From: Octopus sinensis
Lineage: Eukaryota
DNA: 64,000 bases
NCBI RefSeq assembly: GCF_006345805.1
Contig: NC_043011.1
Location: forward strand, 49,550,464 to 49,614,463
Direction of reading: 5' to 3'
Shown here in pieces: positions 39,395 to 51,587 of the stretch (position 1 is its first letter; each line of letters starts with the position of its first letter). Both the position numbers and the translations under genes were made by a program. The notes under the pieces were generated by a model. It was not told where the DNA came from. It made no database searches and saw nothing but the letters and a program-made list of their open reading frames with translations.

Positions 39395-39440
39395 AACACA
39401 ACGTTTCGACTGATATACTCTCCAGCCTTCATCAGGTGTC
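39395..39440 (-). ncRNA. Minimal type I hammerhead ribozyme motif
   Basis: GACAC-CTGATGA-A-GGCTG(gagagtatat)CAGTC-GAAACGTT-GTGTT: stem I GACAC/GTGTT, intact core, palindromic ACGT in place of stem III, GUU cleavage triplet. Confidence 0.65.
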
Positions 39441-39606
39441 TTGGGGAAAATACAAACCTGGGTTCTCATTCCTAAGGTATTATTCGATGTTGTTATTATT
39501 ATTATTATTATTATTACTACTACTACTACTACTACTACTCAGGTCACTGCCTGGATTCTAAGTTCGATTCCAGGTAGTGACCTGAATAATAATAATAATA
39601 ATGATG

Positions 39607-39642
<36 letters not shown>

Positions 39643-39689
39643 TTGAAAAATACCTTAGGAATGAGAACTCAGGTTTGAAATTTTCCCAA

Positions 39690-39735
39690 GACACCTGATG
39701 AAGGCTGGAGGGTAAATCAGTTGAAACGTTGTGTT
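39690..39735 (+). ncRNA. Minimal type I hammerhead ribozyme motif
   Basis: GACAC-CTGATGA-A-GGCTG(gagggtaaat)CAGTT-GAAACGTT-GTGTT; stem II weakened by G-U pairs. Confidence 0.6.
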
Positions 39736-40036
39736 AACAACAAACAAGATGAGGACGAATATCCATCAAATGTAAATAAAGTAAATAATGTTAGTAAATA
39801 ATTTATGTAATCCCTACTAAATGTGTTGAGTGCCAATTTCATTTGTCCACTGACGTGTGTGTATGTATATATATATATATATACACACACACACATGTGC
39901 ATACACATGTGCACACATATACACGTTAGGGATAACATATTAGTAGTGCCAAAAAGATATAAACGAACAGACTCTCTAAGCTTGCTGTACCGCATCCCTC
40001 ATCCAAGTGGAAGCTGAATCAAAGAGATATACTGAC

Positions 40037-40114
40037 CTCGGTTTTTGCCCAGAATTCATCTCGCTTCTTCGTGTTGATATCCTTCTTGGCATAAGTTTTC
40101 TGATATACGGAACC
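40037..40114 (-). CDS. DBNL: Drebrin-like protein, putative exon 6
   Basis: ttttttag|...|gtcagt, 78 nt; GSVYQKTYAKKDINTKKRDEFWAKTE (cf. DBNL GSVYQK...FWAK). Confidence 0.95.
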
Positions 40115-40337
40115 CTAAAAAATAACAGAAAGAAAGATAGAACTGGGATCAGATCCATAATTGTAACCCTTTTGTTACCAACCCGGCTGAAACCGGCTCT
40201 AGCTCTTTAGTATAAATGTCTTGTTTTCATAAGTTTTGAATTCAAATCTTCCACCAAATCTTAGTCACAATTTATGTTCCTAACACTAGCTTAATGATAA
40301 CCATGTTATTTTACTAAATTCTTCATTATATTCAAAA

Positions 40338-40642
40338 CTAGCAGTATCACCCGGCATTGCTCGGGTTTGTAAGGGAAATAACTATATAAGCATTTTTAGA
40401 GAGTTACTTTCCTTATATAAACCGAGCGAAAAATGGATTAGAAATGCGGAAAAATGATGGTAAATTTTTTTTTAAATCGTAGACTCATCGTAGATGCGGG
40501 CTAATACCCAGAAGGGCTTGATATGAATCATGACTATAAGATACCCGCTTTTGGTTAAACTGCACCGCAAAATGTGGGAGTAGTTAGGAATCTAAATCGG
40601 AGTAGACAGACACACACACAACTACAGTTTTAAATATAAAGA
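40338..40642 (-). mobile_element. Non-autonomous Helitron, same family as 7215-7588, nested in a TTAA-type MITE
   Basis: Reverse-complement similarity to 7215-7588 (ctaactactcccacattttgcggtgcag; cccgagcaatgccggg...ctgctag). Confidence 0.78.
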
Positions 40643-41491
40643 AACACAGAGCATCTCAAAATAAATACAGTAATGAAAGGGTTAAGAAGACATTCTTTCA
40701 TCGTTTTACAGGCTTGAGTCATCGGACAGCACCATGTCGAGCCAATGCCTTGAAAGCTTTAGTTGAACAAACTAATTAGTTCAATTTAAGTCTCTTGCTT
40801 ATTCTATTAATGACTTTTTTTCTGATGTGCTAAGTGGCAGAGAACGTAAGCTAAGCAGAACTAGCTTTTGTGGGTGGAAGACATACATGTGCACATGCAC
40901 AATATATTGGCTTCTGTGCCGTGGCACGTCAAAAAGCACCATCTGAACATGGCCGATGCCAGTGCCGCCTTGACTGGTTTCTGTGCCGGTGGCACATTAA
41001 AAGCACCAAGCGATTGTGGTTCCCCTCCAAGGCACAAGTCCAGGCAAGGTTGTTTATGGTAGACAAGCAGTCACCCATGCATACTAAACTTCCCTCTCCA
41101 TTCTACTAATGTTATGCAAGGGAAAAGCAAAGGCCGACATAGCTTGGCACCAGTGACATCGCAGTTCATTTCTACAGCTGAGTGAACTCGAGCAATGTGG
41201 AATAAAGTGTCTTGCTCCAAGAACACAACGCACAGCCCGGCCTGGAAATTGAACTCACTACCTCCTAATTGTAAGCCCAACACTCTAACCACTGATCCAC
41301 GTGCCTCCTATACACATATAATAACACACACACATAACAGGTGTCAACACAGTTACTATACACCAAGTTCTTTAAGGAGACAGTGGTCAGCGAGAATCTA
41401 TAGTCAAAGACATGCCCCAGGGGCTACACAGTAGGATTGACCCCAAAACTATGGGGTAATAAATCACATTTGTTAATCAAACAACCATATC

Positions 41492-41725
41492 TTATTTCTT
41501 TATTGCCCACAAGGGGCTAAACATAGAGGGGACAAACAAGGACAGACAAAGGGATTAAGTCGATTAGATCGACCCCAGTGCGTAACTGGTACTTAATTTA
41601 TCGACCCCGAAAGGATGGAAGGCAAAGTCGACCTCGGCGGAATTTGAACTCAGAACATAGCGGCAGACGAAATACGGCTACGCATTTCGCCCGGCGTGCT
41701 AACGTTTCTGCCAGCTCGCCGCCTT
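41492..41725 (-). mobile_element. tRNA-derived SINE family B with Nin/Deu-like central domain
   Basis: ggcggcgagctggcagaaacgttagc...gagttcaaattccgccgaggtcgactttgccttccatcctttcggggtcgataaattaagtaccag; copies at about 6520-6748, 7764-7995, 33330-33560, 37445-37675, 37855-38080, 43145-43370 and 48551-48782. Confidence 0.8.
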
Positions 41726-41940
41726 AACAACCATATCTATTTTGCGGGCATGAATGGAATGGATATTTTTTTTTTTTTTAATATTGTTTTCTTGCTGTAT
41801 AATGGTCGGGGGAATAATTATTTACCCACAACTAGTCATTGGGTATACTTGCTGTAACTGATCATTCGTTGGTGGTGGTCATGGTGGCAGTGGTGCTGGT
41901 GAAAGGTAAAGGATGAGAGCCAATGAAAGGAAACACTTAC

Positions 41941-42081
41941 AACCGGAGCAGGTGGGGGTTCTGGTTTGGATTGTTCTTTGTGGAAGCTGTAATTGGAACC
42001 AGAAGATTTGGCGAGCTTCTTCTTGATGTCTTCTTCATCCAAGTCATCTTCGGACCTGGCACTGAGAACCAGATGGACGCC
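41941..42081 (-). CDS. DBNL: Drebrin-like protein, putative exon 5, end of ADF-H domain
   Basis: ttggtgcag|...|gtaagt, 141 nt; [47 protein letters not shown] (cf. DBNL GAHVTINAR...SGANYSFHKE). Confidence 0.95.
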
Positions 42082-42084
42082 CTG

Positions 42085-42590
42085 CACCAAAGAACACAAA
42101 TGAAACAAATGAAAGAAAGAAAAAGACAAGGAAGGAAAGAAAGAGATAAGGAAGGAAGGAAAGAAGAAAGAAAGAAAGAAAGAAGAAAGAAAGAAAGAAA
42201 GAGACAGGAAGGAAGGAAAAATGAAAGAGACAAGAAGGAAGGAAAGAAAGAGACAAGAAGGAAGGAAAGAAAGAAAGATACAAGAAAGAAAGGAAAGAAA
42301 GAAAGAGATAAGAAGGAAGGAAAGAAAGAAAGAGACAAGGAAGGAAGGATAGAAAGAAAGAGACAAGAAGGAAAGAAAGAAAGAGACAAGGAAGGAAGAA
42401 AGAAAGAAAGAAAGAGACAAGAAGGAAAGAAAGAAAGAAAGAAAGAAAGAGATAAGAAGGAAGGAAAGAAAGAGACCAGAAGGAAGGAAAGAAAGAGACA
42501 AGAAGGAAGGAAAGAAAGAAAGAGACAAGAAGGAAGGAAAGAAAGAAAGAGACAAGAAAGAAAGGAAGGAAGGAAGGAAGGAAGAGCAAA
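42085..42590. repeat. Complex (GAAA/GAAG/GACAA) purine tract filling a DBNL intron
   Basis: About 500 nt nearly all purine on the plus strand. Confidence 0.95.
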
Positions 42591-42598
42591 ACACTGAC

Positions 42599-42673
42599 CT
42601 TAAACAGGGCTTTCACGTCCCGTACATGGTTTGTACATTTGAATTTCATGTTCTCAGGGGCTCCTTCGCCTTG
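42599..42673 (-). CDS. DBNL: Drebrin-like protein, putative exon 4, ADF-H domain
   Basis: ttataccag|...|gtcagt, 75 nt, phase 0; [25 protein letters not shown]. Confidence 0.93.
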
Positions 42674-44309
42674 CTGGTATAAAAAAAAAATAATAAAGGT
42701 AAATAAAGCAGAAAATTAAAAAAATATAAAAATTAATCAACTAAAATCAAATCAAATTTATTATCTAAAAATACAAACAAAATCACTGACAACAAGACTC
42801 AGGTAATCTCTGAACATGACTGTGACCAATGGTTGTTCCTGCTGCACCTGTCACACCTTTCATTTCATTTTAGGCATAGGTAATTAAGGAGGTGTCTGGC
42901 CTAGTCGTTAGGGTGTTACACAGAATGGTGTCCTTCCACTTGGTTGCTGCTTTCACTAGATTTTGGCTGAGTACACTCCGGTCTTCTTCAAGTGTCTTGT
43001 GATTCTCCATAGTGCCTTGCCTGGAATTGAACTCAGAATCTCTAGGTGACTGCACTGCCATTAACTAGCACCTTTATTCACTACACTATGCTCACAGGCA
43101 ATGTGGGAGTGAATTTCTAAGACTTATAAACCTCCATTTAGCATTTAAACCTATTTCTTTACTGCCCACAAGGGGCTACACCCAGAAGGGACAAACGGAT
43201 TAAGTCGATTATATCAACCCTAGTGCGTAACTGGTACTTATTTAATCGACCCCAAAAGGATGAAAGGCAAAGTTGACCTTGGCGGAATTTGAACTCAGAA
43301 CGTAGCGGCAGGCAAAATACCGCTAAGCATTTCACCTGGCGTGCTAACGTTTCTGCCAGCTCGCCACCTTAAATTTAGCATTTAAACCGACCAAAATATT
43401 CTTCTTGTTCTGTGTCCAAACTGGCCACACCCAGTTTCTCACACCTATCCTACAATGTGTAGTCTAAAAAAATATACAGTCACACAATCAAAATATCAAA
43501 GCTACAAGATAATGCTGGATAAATTCAAAACAATGTGGATGAATAAGTGTTACATTTACTTGAATAATCTGAAATGCTAAAGGATTAATGTCTTATGCTG
43601 GTTCTGTACCAGTTGGATGATACAATTTTGTATTTCTGAGGTGAGGAAATTTTATGTTTTGTCTTAGTCAGAGTGGTGTTTTCATCATGGGTGTTGCTTT
43701 CATTATGTTTTAGCTGTGTACATTCTAGACTTCCGCAGATGTCTTATGATTCACCATAGTGCCTTGCCTGGAATTGAACTTAGCTAGAGCCTTTATCCAC
43801 TACACCTATGACCATAGACAGTGTCAGCTTGAATTTTTAAGGCTTATAAACCAAGGTGAGGACATCCCTCCAATTAATACATGATATGAAAAAATTCCCC
43901 AACCAACATAAGACATCAAAGGAAACTTACAAGCCTTAAAAATCCACTCAGATACAGCCTAAGGGCAAAACGTAGGGATAAAGGCACTAGTTAATGCGGT
44001 GCAGTCACCTAGCATTTTGAGTTCAATCTCAAGCAAGGTACTAAGGTGATTCACAAGACACCTAAACTGTGAAAGCAACAATCAAGATGGGAACACCGCT
44101 ATGACCAATGTGAACAGTATGCATTATATTCCATGTTACTCCAGTCCATACAGCTGTAAAATGAGTTCCAGCAACAGGTGGGTAATTAACACCAAGGTAG
44201 GCCAGCACCCTGTTCAGTAAGTACTGTAATAATCTCAGTCAATTACACACCATAGCAAAACCAGGTTAAAATCCAGCCTTATGATCCCTAGGGTTTAAGG
44301 CAGACTTAA

Positions 44310-44530
44310 CCCTTTAGTGTTTAAACCGGCCATATCCGGCCCAATATATTCTACATGTTTTATATTCAAACTGGCAATATCTAGCCTCTCATACCTAACC
44401 TACAATGATATTCTAAAAATAAACTATCACATTATTGAAACCTCAAAAGCTATAAGATAATGCAGGATTAATTAAAAACAATTTGAATAAAAAATACTAC
44501 ATTTAACAGAGTAATCTGAACACTAAAGGG
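44310..44530. mobile_element. piggyBac-type MITE (TTAA TSD, CCCTTTAG TIR)
   Basis: TTAA|CCCTTTAGTGTT...AACACTAAAGGG|TTAA. Confidence 0.8.
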
Positions 44531-44548
44531 TTAAGTGTAGGTATTTAA

Positions 44549-44768
44549 CCCTTTAGCATTTAAACCGGCCATATCCGGCCCAAATTTTCTACTTCTTTTA
44601 TGTTCAAACCATCCAGATCTGGCCTCTCACTCATATCCTACAATGACATCCTCAAAATAAAGCATCACATCATCAAATTCTCAGAGATACAAGATAATGC
44701 AATATTAATTCAAAACAATGTGAATGAAAAAGCATTATATTTGACAGAGTGATCTGAACACTAAAGGG
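44549..44768. mobile_element. piggyBac-type MITE, second copy
   Basis: TTAA|CCCTTTAGCATT...AACACTAAAGGG|TTAA; degenerate relatives near 26120-26340, 27230-27710, 43375-43590 and 45690-45830. Confidence 0.8.
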
Positions 44769-45870
44769 TTAACATCTTTGGTCATTAAAACTGTAACATT
44801 TGGATTACTCCATCAAATGTTACACATTTATTAACATTGTTTTCAAGGCATGTGGTTTAGTGGTCAAGGTATTTAGTTCACAATAAATGGCATCATGTGC
44901 CAGTGGCACATAAAAAAGCACCAACCGATCGTGGCCGATGCCAGACCCCTCTGGCACCTGTGCAGGTGGCACGTAAAAAGCACCCACTACACTCGCGGAG
45001 TGGTTGGCGTTAGGAAGGGCATCCAGCTGTAGAAACACTGCCAGATCAGACTGGAGCCTGGGGCAGCCCCTGGCTCCCCAGATCCCCAGTCGAACCGTCC
45101 AACCCGTGCTAGCGCGGAAAACGGACGTTAAACGATGATGATGATGATGTGGAGGCACATGGTCTAGTGGTTAGAGCAGCGGACTTGCGGTTGAGGGATT
45201 GCGGGTTCAAATCTCAGACCGGCCGACGTGTGTGTTTATGAGCGCAAACACCTAAGCTCCATGCAGCTCCGGCAGAAGGTAATGGCAAAAACTTCTGCTG
45301 ACTCTTTCGTCACAACTTTCTCTCACCCTTTCCTCCTGCATCTTGCAGCTCACCTGCGACGGACCGGCGTCCCGTTCAGGTGGGGAACCTATATGCCAAG
45401 GAAACCGGCAAACCGGCTCTTATAAGCCAGGCCTGGCTTGAGAAAGAACAAACAACAATTTCACAATGAGTTTCGTTCCTCGCAACGCATTGCGCCATTG
45501 AGCAAGACTCTCTATTTTACGTTGCCCCAGTTCATTCGGCTGGCAAAAACGAGTTGTAACTGAATTTCAAAAGATCGCCCATGTCACATTCTGTGTCATG
45601 CTGACTCTCCCTGAAAATTACATAAAGAGTACCTGTGTCTGTGGAGTGCTCAAGTGGAACACTCGTCAGGTCAGTGTAACTGACAGAGCGCCAGTAGTTT
45701 CTGTTTTGAATTAACCATACATGAACTTGTTGCTTCAAAATTTTGATGATGTGGTTGTTTATTTTTAGAATGACATAAAACAGGTAGAATATTTGGGTCG
45801 AATATGACTGGTTTCAATGCTAAAGATTACAGGACTATTTGAAATCCATTTTTAGGAAATGTAGCCCTCT

Positions 45871-46090
45871 CTCTCTTTACTCTTTTACTTGTTTCAGTCA
45901 TTTGACTGTGGCCATGCTGGAGCACTGCCTTTAATCGAGCAACTCGACCCAGGGACTTATTCTTTTGTAAGCCTAGTACTTATTCTATCGGTCTCTTTTG
46001 CAGAACCGCTATGTTACAAGGACGTGAACACACCAGCATCAGTTGTCAAGCAATGCTAGAGGGACAAACACAGACACACAAACACACAGA

Positions 46091-46130
<40 letters not shown>

Positions 46131-46297
46131 CATACGACGGGCTTCTTTCAGTTTCCGTCTACCAAATCCACTCACAAGGCATTGGTCGGCCCAGGGCTAT
46201 AGCAGAAGACACTTGCCCAAGATGCCACGCAGTGGAACTGAACCCGTAACCATGTCGTTGGTTAGCAAGCTACTTACCACACAGCCACTCCTGCACC
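45871..46297 (-). mobile_element. SINE family A copy
   Basis: Same consensus; partial copies at about 46810-46995 (+), 47255-47620 (+) and 48080-48340 (-). Confidence 0.85.
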
Positions 46298-46998
46298 TAT
46301 ATGTGTGCATTTGTAAAAGATACTTTTAGGGGTGGAAGATGGGGGGGAAAATGAAATCCTCTTAACAAAAACAATGTAGGACTGTAAATAAAATAAGCTA
46401 TACAATATTTCAGGTTTAAACAACCTTTAATCTGGAATTAAACTACTTCAAATGAGGAATTAAGCTGCACATAACATCAAAAGACATTATATCTTGTCCA
46501 AGTTGACACACAGAGGTGTACGCATGGTGACCTTGTTTAGAGGCTTACTTTGCAACGAAATAGTTTTATGATCAGTCCCAATGTATGATGCTTTGTGTGT
46601 CTCCTAGCTGACCAGTGCCTTGTCAGTACATTTGGTAGACAGAAATTGCATGTATACACACACATATATATATATATTATATATATTACTATGGTTTGTG
46701 TTCCTGTAACTCAGCTGTTCAGTAAAAAGAGGCTGATAGTGTAAGTGTATAAGCCTTAAAAATAAGTGATGGAACTGAATTCACTAAAACCTTCAGGACA
46801 GTGCCTGTTTGTCTCCCTAGCATTACTTGACCACCGATGCTGGTGTGTTTACATCCCCGCGTGACTTAGTGGTTTGGCAAAAGACCGATGGAAAAAGTAC
46901 TAGGCTTACAAAGAATAAGCTCCGGGGTCGATTTGCTCGACTAAAGGCGGTGCTCCAGCATGTCTGCAGTCAAATGACTGAAACAAGTAAAAGAGTAT

Positions 46999-47037
<39 letters not shown>

Positions 47038-47983
47038 CACTAGCAGCACCACCCATCCTCCGATGTATTTTATAAGCTTTTGAACATATACAGTCACATG
47101 TGAATTTAACAGTATTACAGATAAGCCGCTTTAAAAATAAGTACCAGCAGTCTTCGGATGGTCGAGGAACACTGATACATTTCCAGGAATGAAGATGTAT
47201 TTATAGTTGCATCAAAAGCAATTTGCCGCCTGGTTCATATATACAGGAGCAGACATAATTGTGGGATTAAGAAGCTCACTTTGTAGCCTGGGGCTTCAGG
47301 TTCAGTTCCGCTGCATGGGCACCTTGAGCAAGGGTCTTCTATTAGAGCCCTGATTGACCAATGCCATGTTAGTGAATTTGGTAGATGGAATGTTTGCGGA
47401 AGCTCATTGTATAAGTGTGTGTGTGTGTCTTTGTGTGTGTATTTGTTCCCTCCATCTCTTGATAACCGGTGTTGGTTTGTTGACATCTCCCTAACTTGCC
47501 AGTTTGGCAAAAGGGGCCAACAGAATATGTATAAGACTCGATTTATTTTACTTTTAAAAAAAACCTTCGGCATGGTGCCCCAGCATGGCCACAGTCTAAT
47601 AAGTGAAACAAGTGAAAGATAATAGATAGAAATACATAGCCTAAAAGTCACATCCTTCTCTTTCACAAAAACGCTCTCCTTTACCAAATTTCAGCAATTT
47701 AAGAAGAAAACCATGACCTACAACTTGGAATAAACAAATATACATACATATATACACTCCAGTACTATCCCACTAGTTATATATTCCAAATATGCATTTC
47801 ACTTAATGAGGTAAGTGGAGATGGTTAAGTATCTCAGATCTGTATTCATGAGAGATGGGAAATAGGAAGTAAAATTTGATGTCGGAATTGCAGGCATTGG
47901 TGCAGTAATACAGCTCTAGCATTCGAATCACAGATGGGGTGATCCAAACTATCCTATTCAAATACCACTCCCCATTCGTCTCT

Positions 47984-48031
<48 letters not shown>

Positions 48032-48141
48032 GCCCTTTTGGAAACCACCTGTGAAATGACCTTGCTGAAATTCTTTACAGCATCGGTTGTCAAAGTTTGT
48101 TGGGGGGACAAACACAGACACAAACACGCACACACATACAT

Positions 48142-48183
<42 letters not shown>

Positions 48184-50002
48184 GACAGGCTTCTTTCAGT
48201 TTCCATCTACCAAATCCACTGACATGGCTTTGGTCGGCCCAAGGCTATAGTAGAAGACACTTGCCCAAGGTGCCACGCAGTGGAACTGAACCCGGGACCG
48301 TGTGGTTGGTAAGCAAGCTACTTACCACACAGCCACTCCTGTATAGATATATACAAGTCGACAATGAAAGAAAGTGGCATTCAACATATTTCGAAGGGAT
48401 TACGCATAACGTTGAATAACAGTTTGTTTCAGTTCCAAACTTTTAAACAAACCTGTCTCTATAGAAACCACCTGACAAGATGGGTTCATTTGATGAGCCT
48501 GCATAGAGCTGTATCCAACTATTCAAAATGGAACTGGTAACAACTAATACCTATTTCTTTACTACCCACAAGGGGCTAAACACAGAGAGGACAAACAAGG
48601 AAAGACAAACGGGTTAAGTCGATTAGATCGACCCCAGTGCGTAACTGGTACTTAATTTATCGACCCCGAAAGGATGAAAGGCAAAGTCGACCTTGGCAGA
48701 ATTTGAACTCAGAACGTAATGGCAGACAAAATACGGCTACGCATTTCGCCCGGTGTGCTAACGTTTCTGCCAGCTCGCTGCCTGTAACAACTAATACCGT
48801 TTACTAAAGATATTCCTTAATCGTTCAACAATGGAACTGGTAATTACCAATATCCTTTATTAAGGATATTCCTTAATCCTTCCTATCTGAAGGTAGAGTA
48901 GTTGGCTTTTATATGGAAATTTTTACTCAATGAAATAAGCATCATATGGTCAGCTATTCTAGAAACAGCTGTAAGGGATTTTATGCATAGTTTCTTAATC
49001 CCTTATTTATTCTGATAAGTCTTGCAATTATGTTGGAATTATGTATCTATTACATGTTCTAAAGTGATACCATGTTTTGCTTGTTAATTCTTTCTTATTA
49101 ATATATATAAATATATATATATGTAGAAAGAGTGGCTAGATCTACCTAATGTTTATATGCATCCACTGCAGGTTGTATATCCTTGACTTTTTGCAAACTA
49201 CATCGGGCAACATTATGAAGTAATTCCAAGCCTCCAGAAACAGCTGTCGGATCTGTAAACCATACATTCTCCCCTTAAGTTCTTGTGTCTTTGTACCCTG
49301 TTAACAGATAAATATCTATATATTTTTACATTCATGTTTATTGTCTTTGTTTCTCTCTATTCACACATATATCGCTCTCTCTCTATCCGCTCAGTCGAAG
49401 TCGACTCTTGGTCACTTGTTGGATCAGTGTCCTCCAGTCAGTTCTATCCTGGGCCGCTTCTTTCAGATTGGCCATGTCCATTCCAGTATCACTCCTGATG
49501 GTGTCAAGCCAGCGGGTTCTTGGTCGGCCTCTTCCTCTCTTGCCACTGACCATTCCGAGCATGAATATATATACATATATATATGTATGTATATCTCATT
49601 TATCAAGCCCAAGTGTGCTAGTTTATTTATATCATTATCTCCATATTGGCTCACCTCGTTTCCTCTTATAGCCACTGTTTACTTCGCAGACTTAGTACTC
49701 AGTAAAGATTTCAGAGCGTAAGTTCTAATCACCTGAGCACTACTGAGTGTTTTCTATATTGAGCATCTATGGATCTCATCTGTTTGACTCTAAATATATA
49801 TGTATGTATGCATTATAAATACTCAGTTAGTCAATAAATGATGATCAATGAAATGAGTATTGGACTAAATAAAGACATTGATATAACAGAGTAAAGCCTT
49901 TGAAAATGGAACCCTAACATGGCCGTGATCCAGCAACTGAAATCGGTGAAAGAATAAGAGAAGAATTTCTACATAATTTTCCAAACTGAGAAAAATTCTT
50001 AC

Positions 50003-50115
50003 CCAGTTGATAAGGACATATTTTGAGAGATCTGTGTTTGGGTCTTTAACTCGACAGTAGGCATACTGGACCTTGCTGCTGTTGACCTCATCAACTAATT
50101 CTTCGATGCCATCAG
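50003..50115 (-). CDS. DBNL: Drebrin-like protein, putative exon 3, ADF-H domain
   Basis: ctgtgcag|...|gtaaga, 113 nt, phase 1 to 0; (S)[37 protein letters not shown]. Confidence 0.95.
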
Positions 50116-50699
50116 CTGCACAGTGAAATAAAGAGAGAAAGAGTCAGTGAGTGAGAGTGACAACAGAAAGATGCAGAGAAGGCGAAAGAAAGAAAAAATA
50201 AGAGACAAAGACAGGCAGAAGGAGAATGAAGACAGAAACCAAAAAAAGTTTCACTTATAAAAATTATTTGAGAAGTCAGTTTTAAGGGAAAAGAAAACAC
50301 AATGTAAACATTCTCTATTACTGTTAAATATTATTTCACCAAAACTGTATTGCAGTCTTTCAGCCAGTAAATGTTAAGTGTATCAATTAAGCAAACTTAT
50401 TAAACAAGCATTTATAAATATTGCATGCATGGAAGATGGATGTTACATAATAATAATAATAATAATTGAAGAAAATGGAAGATAGATTTAACAGTAGTCT
50501 TTATTCGGTACAACAATGATCGTTTCATCCTGCGACTGTTCATTTTGGATAGGATTTTGTGCATCAACTAGTGCTGCATCCATTTGTGCAGTTTGTGTCA
50601 CATCAGGTACAGGCATAAAGAATGGGATGTCCCACTAGATATACTATGATGTCCTAGGCATGTTGTTCATACCTGCTGTATTCTGGTTATATATATGTA

Positions 50700-50734
<35 letters not shown>

Positions 50735-51197
50735 GTACTGTCAGTAAATGAGAGCTAGATAAGCTCAGTATGTCACCTACAAATTACGATTATTCCATAA
50801 GTCTTGGCTTCCTGAAACAGCTGTTGAGTTAAGACATAAGATAATTTACTTATATTTTATTCTGTATTTTTTGTGCTCCTTGTGTGTGTGTGTGTGTGTG
50901 TGTGTATACATTTCACCGCTTACTACATTCTTCACCATCTTCTACTCAACCCTCACATTCATGGAAAGCATCCACTCTCTTCTCTCAGTCCTCTCTTTTA
51001 CCCAACTTCTTGTTACCTCGAGAGTTTGCTCTGATACTCTATCGTTACCTTCCTTCCATCTTCTTAACTACTCCTTCCTACTTCTAGATATTACAGAAGC
51101 CAACAATGACTCTCTTCTATAGCAAGATACCTGTCTTGTCCCTTTCTCTTACTTTACTCTTTCAACATCTAGCATAAAGCCACCTTCTCTCAAAAAC

Positions 51198-51587
51198 TCC
51201 CTTTTACTTGTTTCAGTCATTTGACTGCGGCCATGCTGGAGCACTGCCTTTAGTCGAGCAAATCGACCCGGGACTTATTCTTTGTAAGCCCAGTACTTAT
51301 TCTATCGGCCTCTTTTGCCGAACCGCTAAGTGACGGAGACATAAACACACCACCATCGGTTGTCAAGCAATGCTAGGGGGACAAACACAGACACACAAAC
51401 AAACACACACATATATATACATATATACGACAGGCTTCTTTCAGTTTCTGTCTATCAAATCCACTCACAAGGCTTTGGTCGGCCTGAGGCTATAGCAGAA
51501 GATACTTGCCCAAGATGCCACGCAGTGGGACTGAACCCGGAACCATGTGGTTGGTTAGCAAGCTACTTACCACACAGCCACTCCTGC
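51198..51587 (-). mobile_element. SINE family A copy
   Basis: Same consensus, reverse complement. Confidence 0.85.

Larger units (their letters stand above)
39349..39790. mobile_element. Palindromic pair of tRNA-head/(AAT)n/hammerhead-tail elements
   Basis: 39349-39490 is the reverse complement of about 39645-39790; the central hairpin caggtcactgcctgga/tccaggtagtgacctg is two fused head remnants. Confidence 0.75.

Noticed and set aside
41836-42649. 200-250-aa Phe/Leu/Ser-rich and Lys/Glu/Arg-rich ORFs
   Set aside because: Purine microsatellite intron; only the parts coinciding with DBNL exons 41941-42081 and 42599-42673 are coding.
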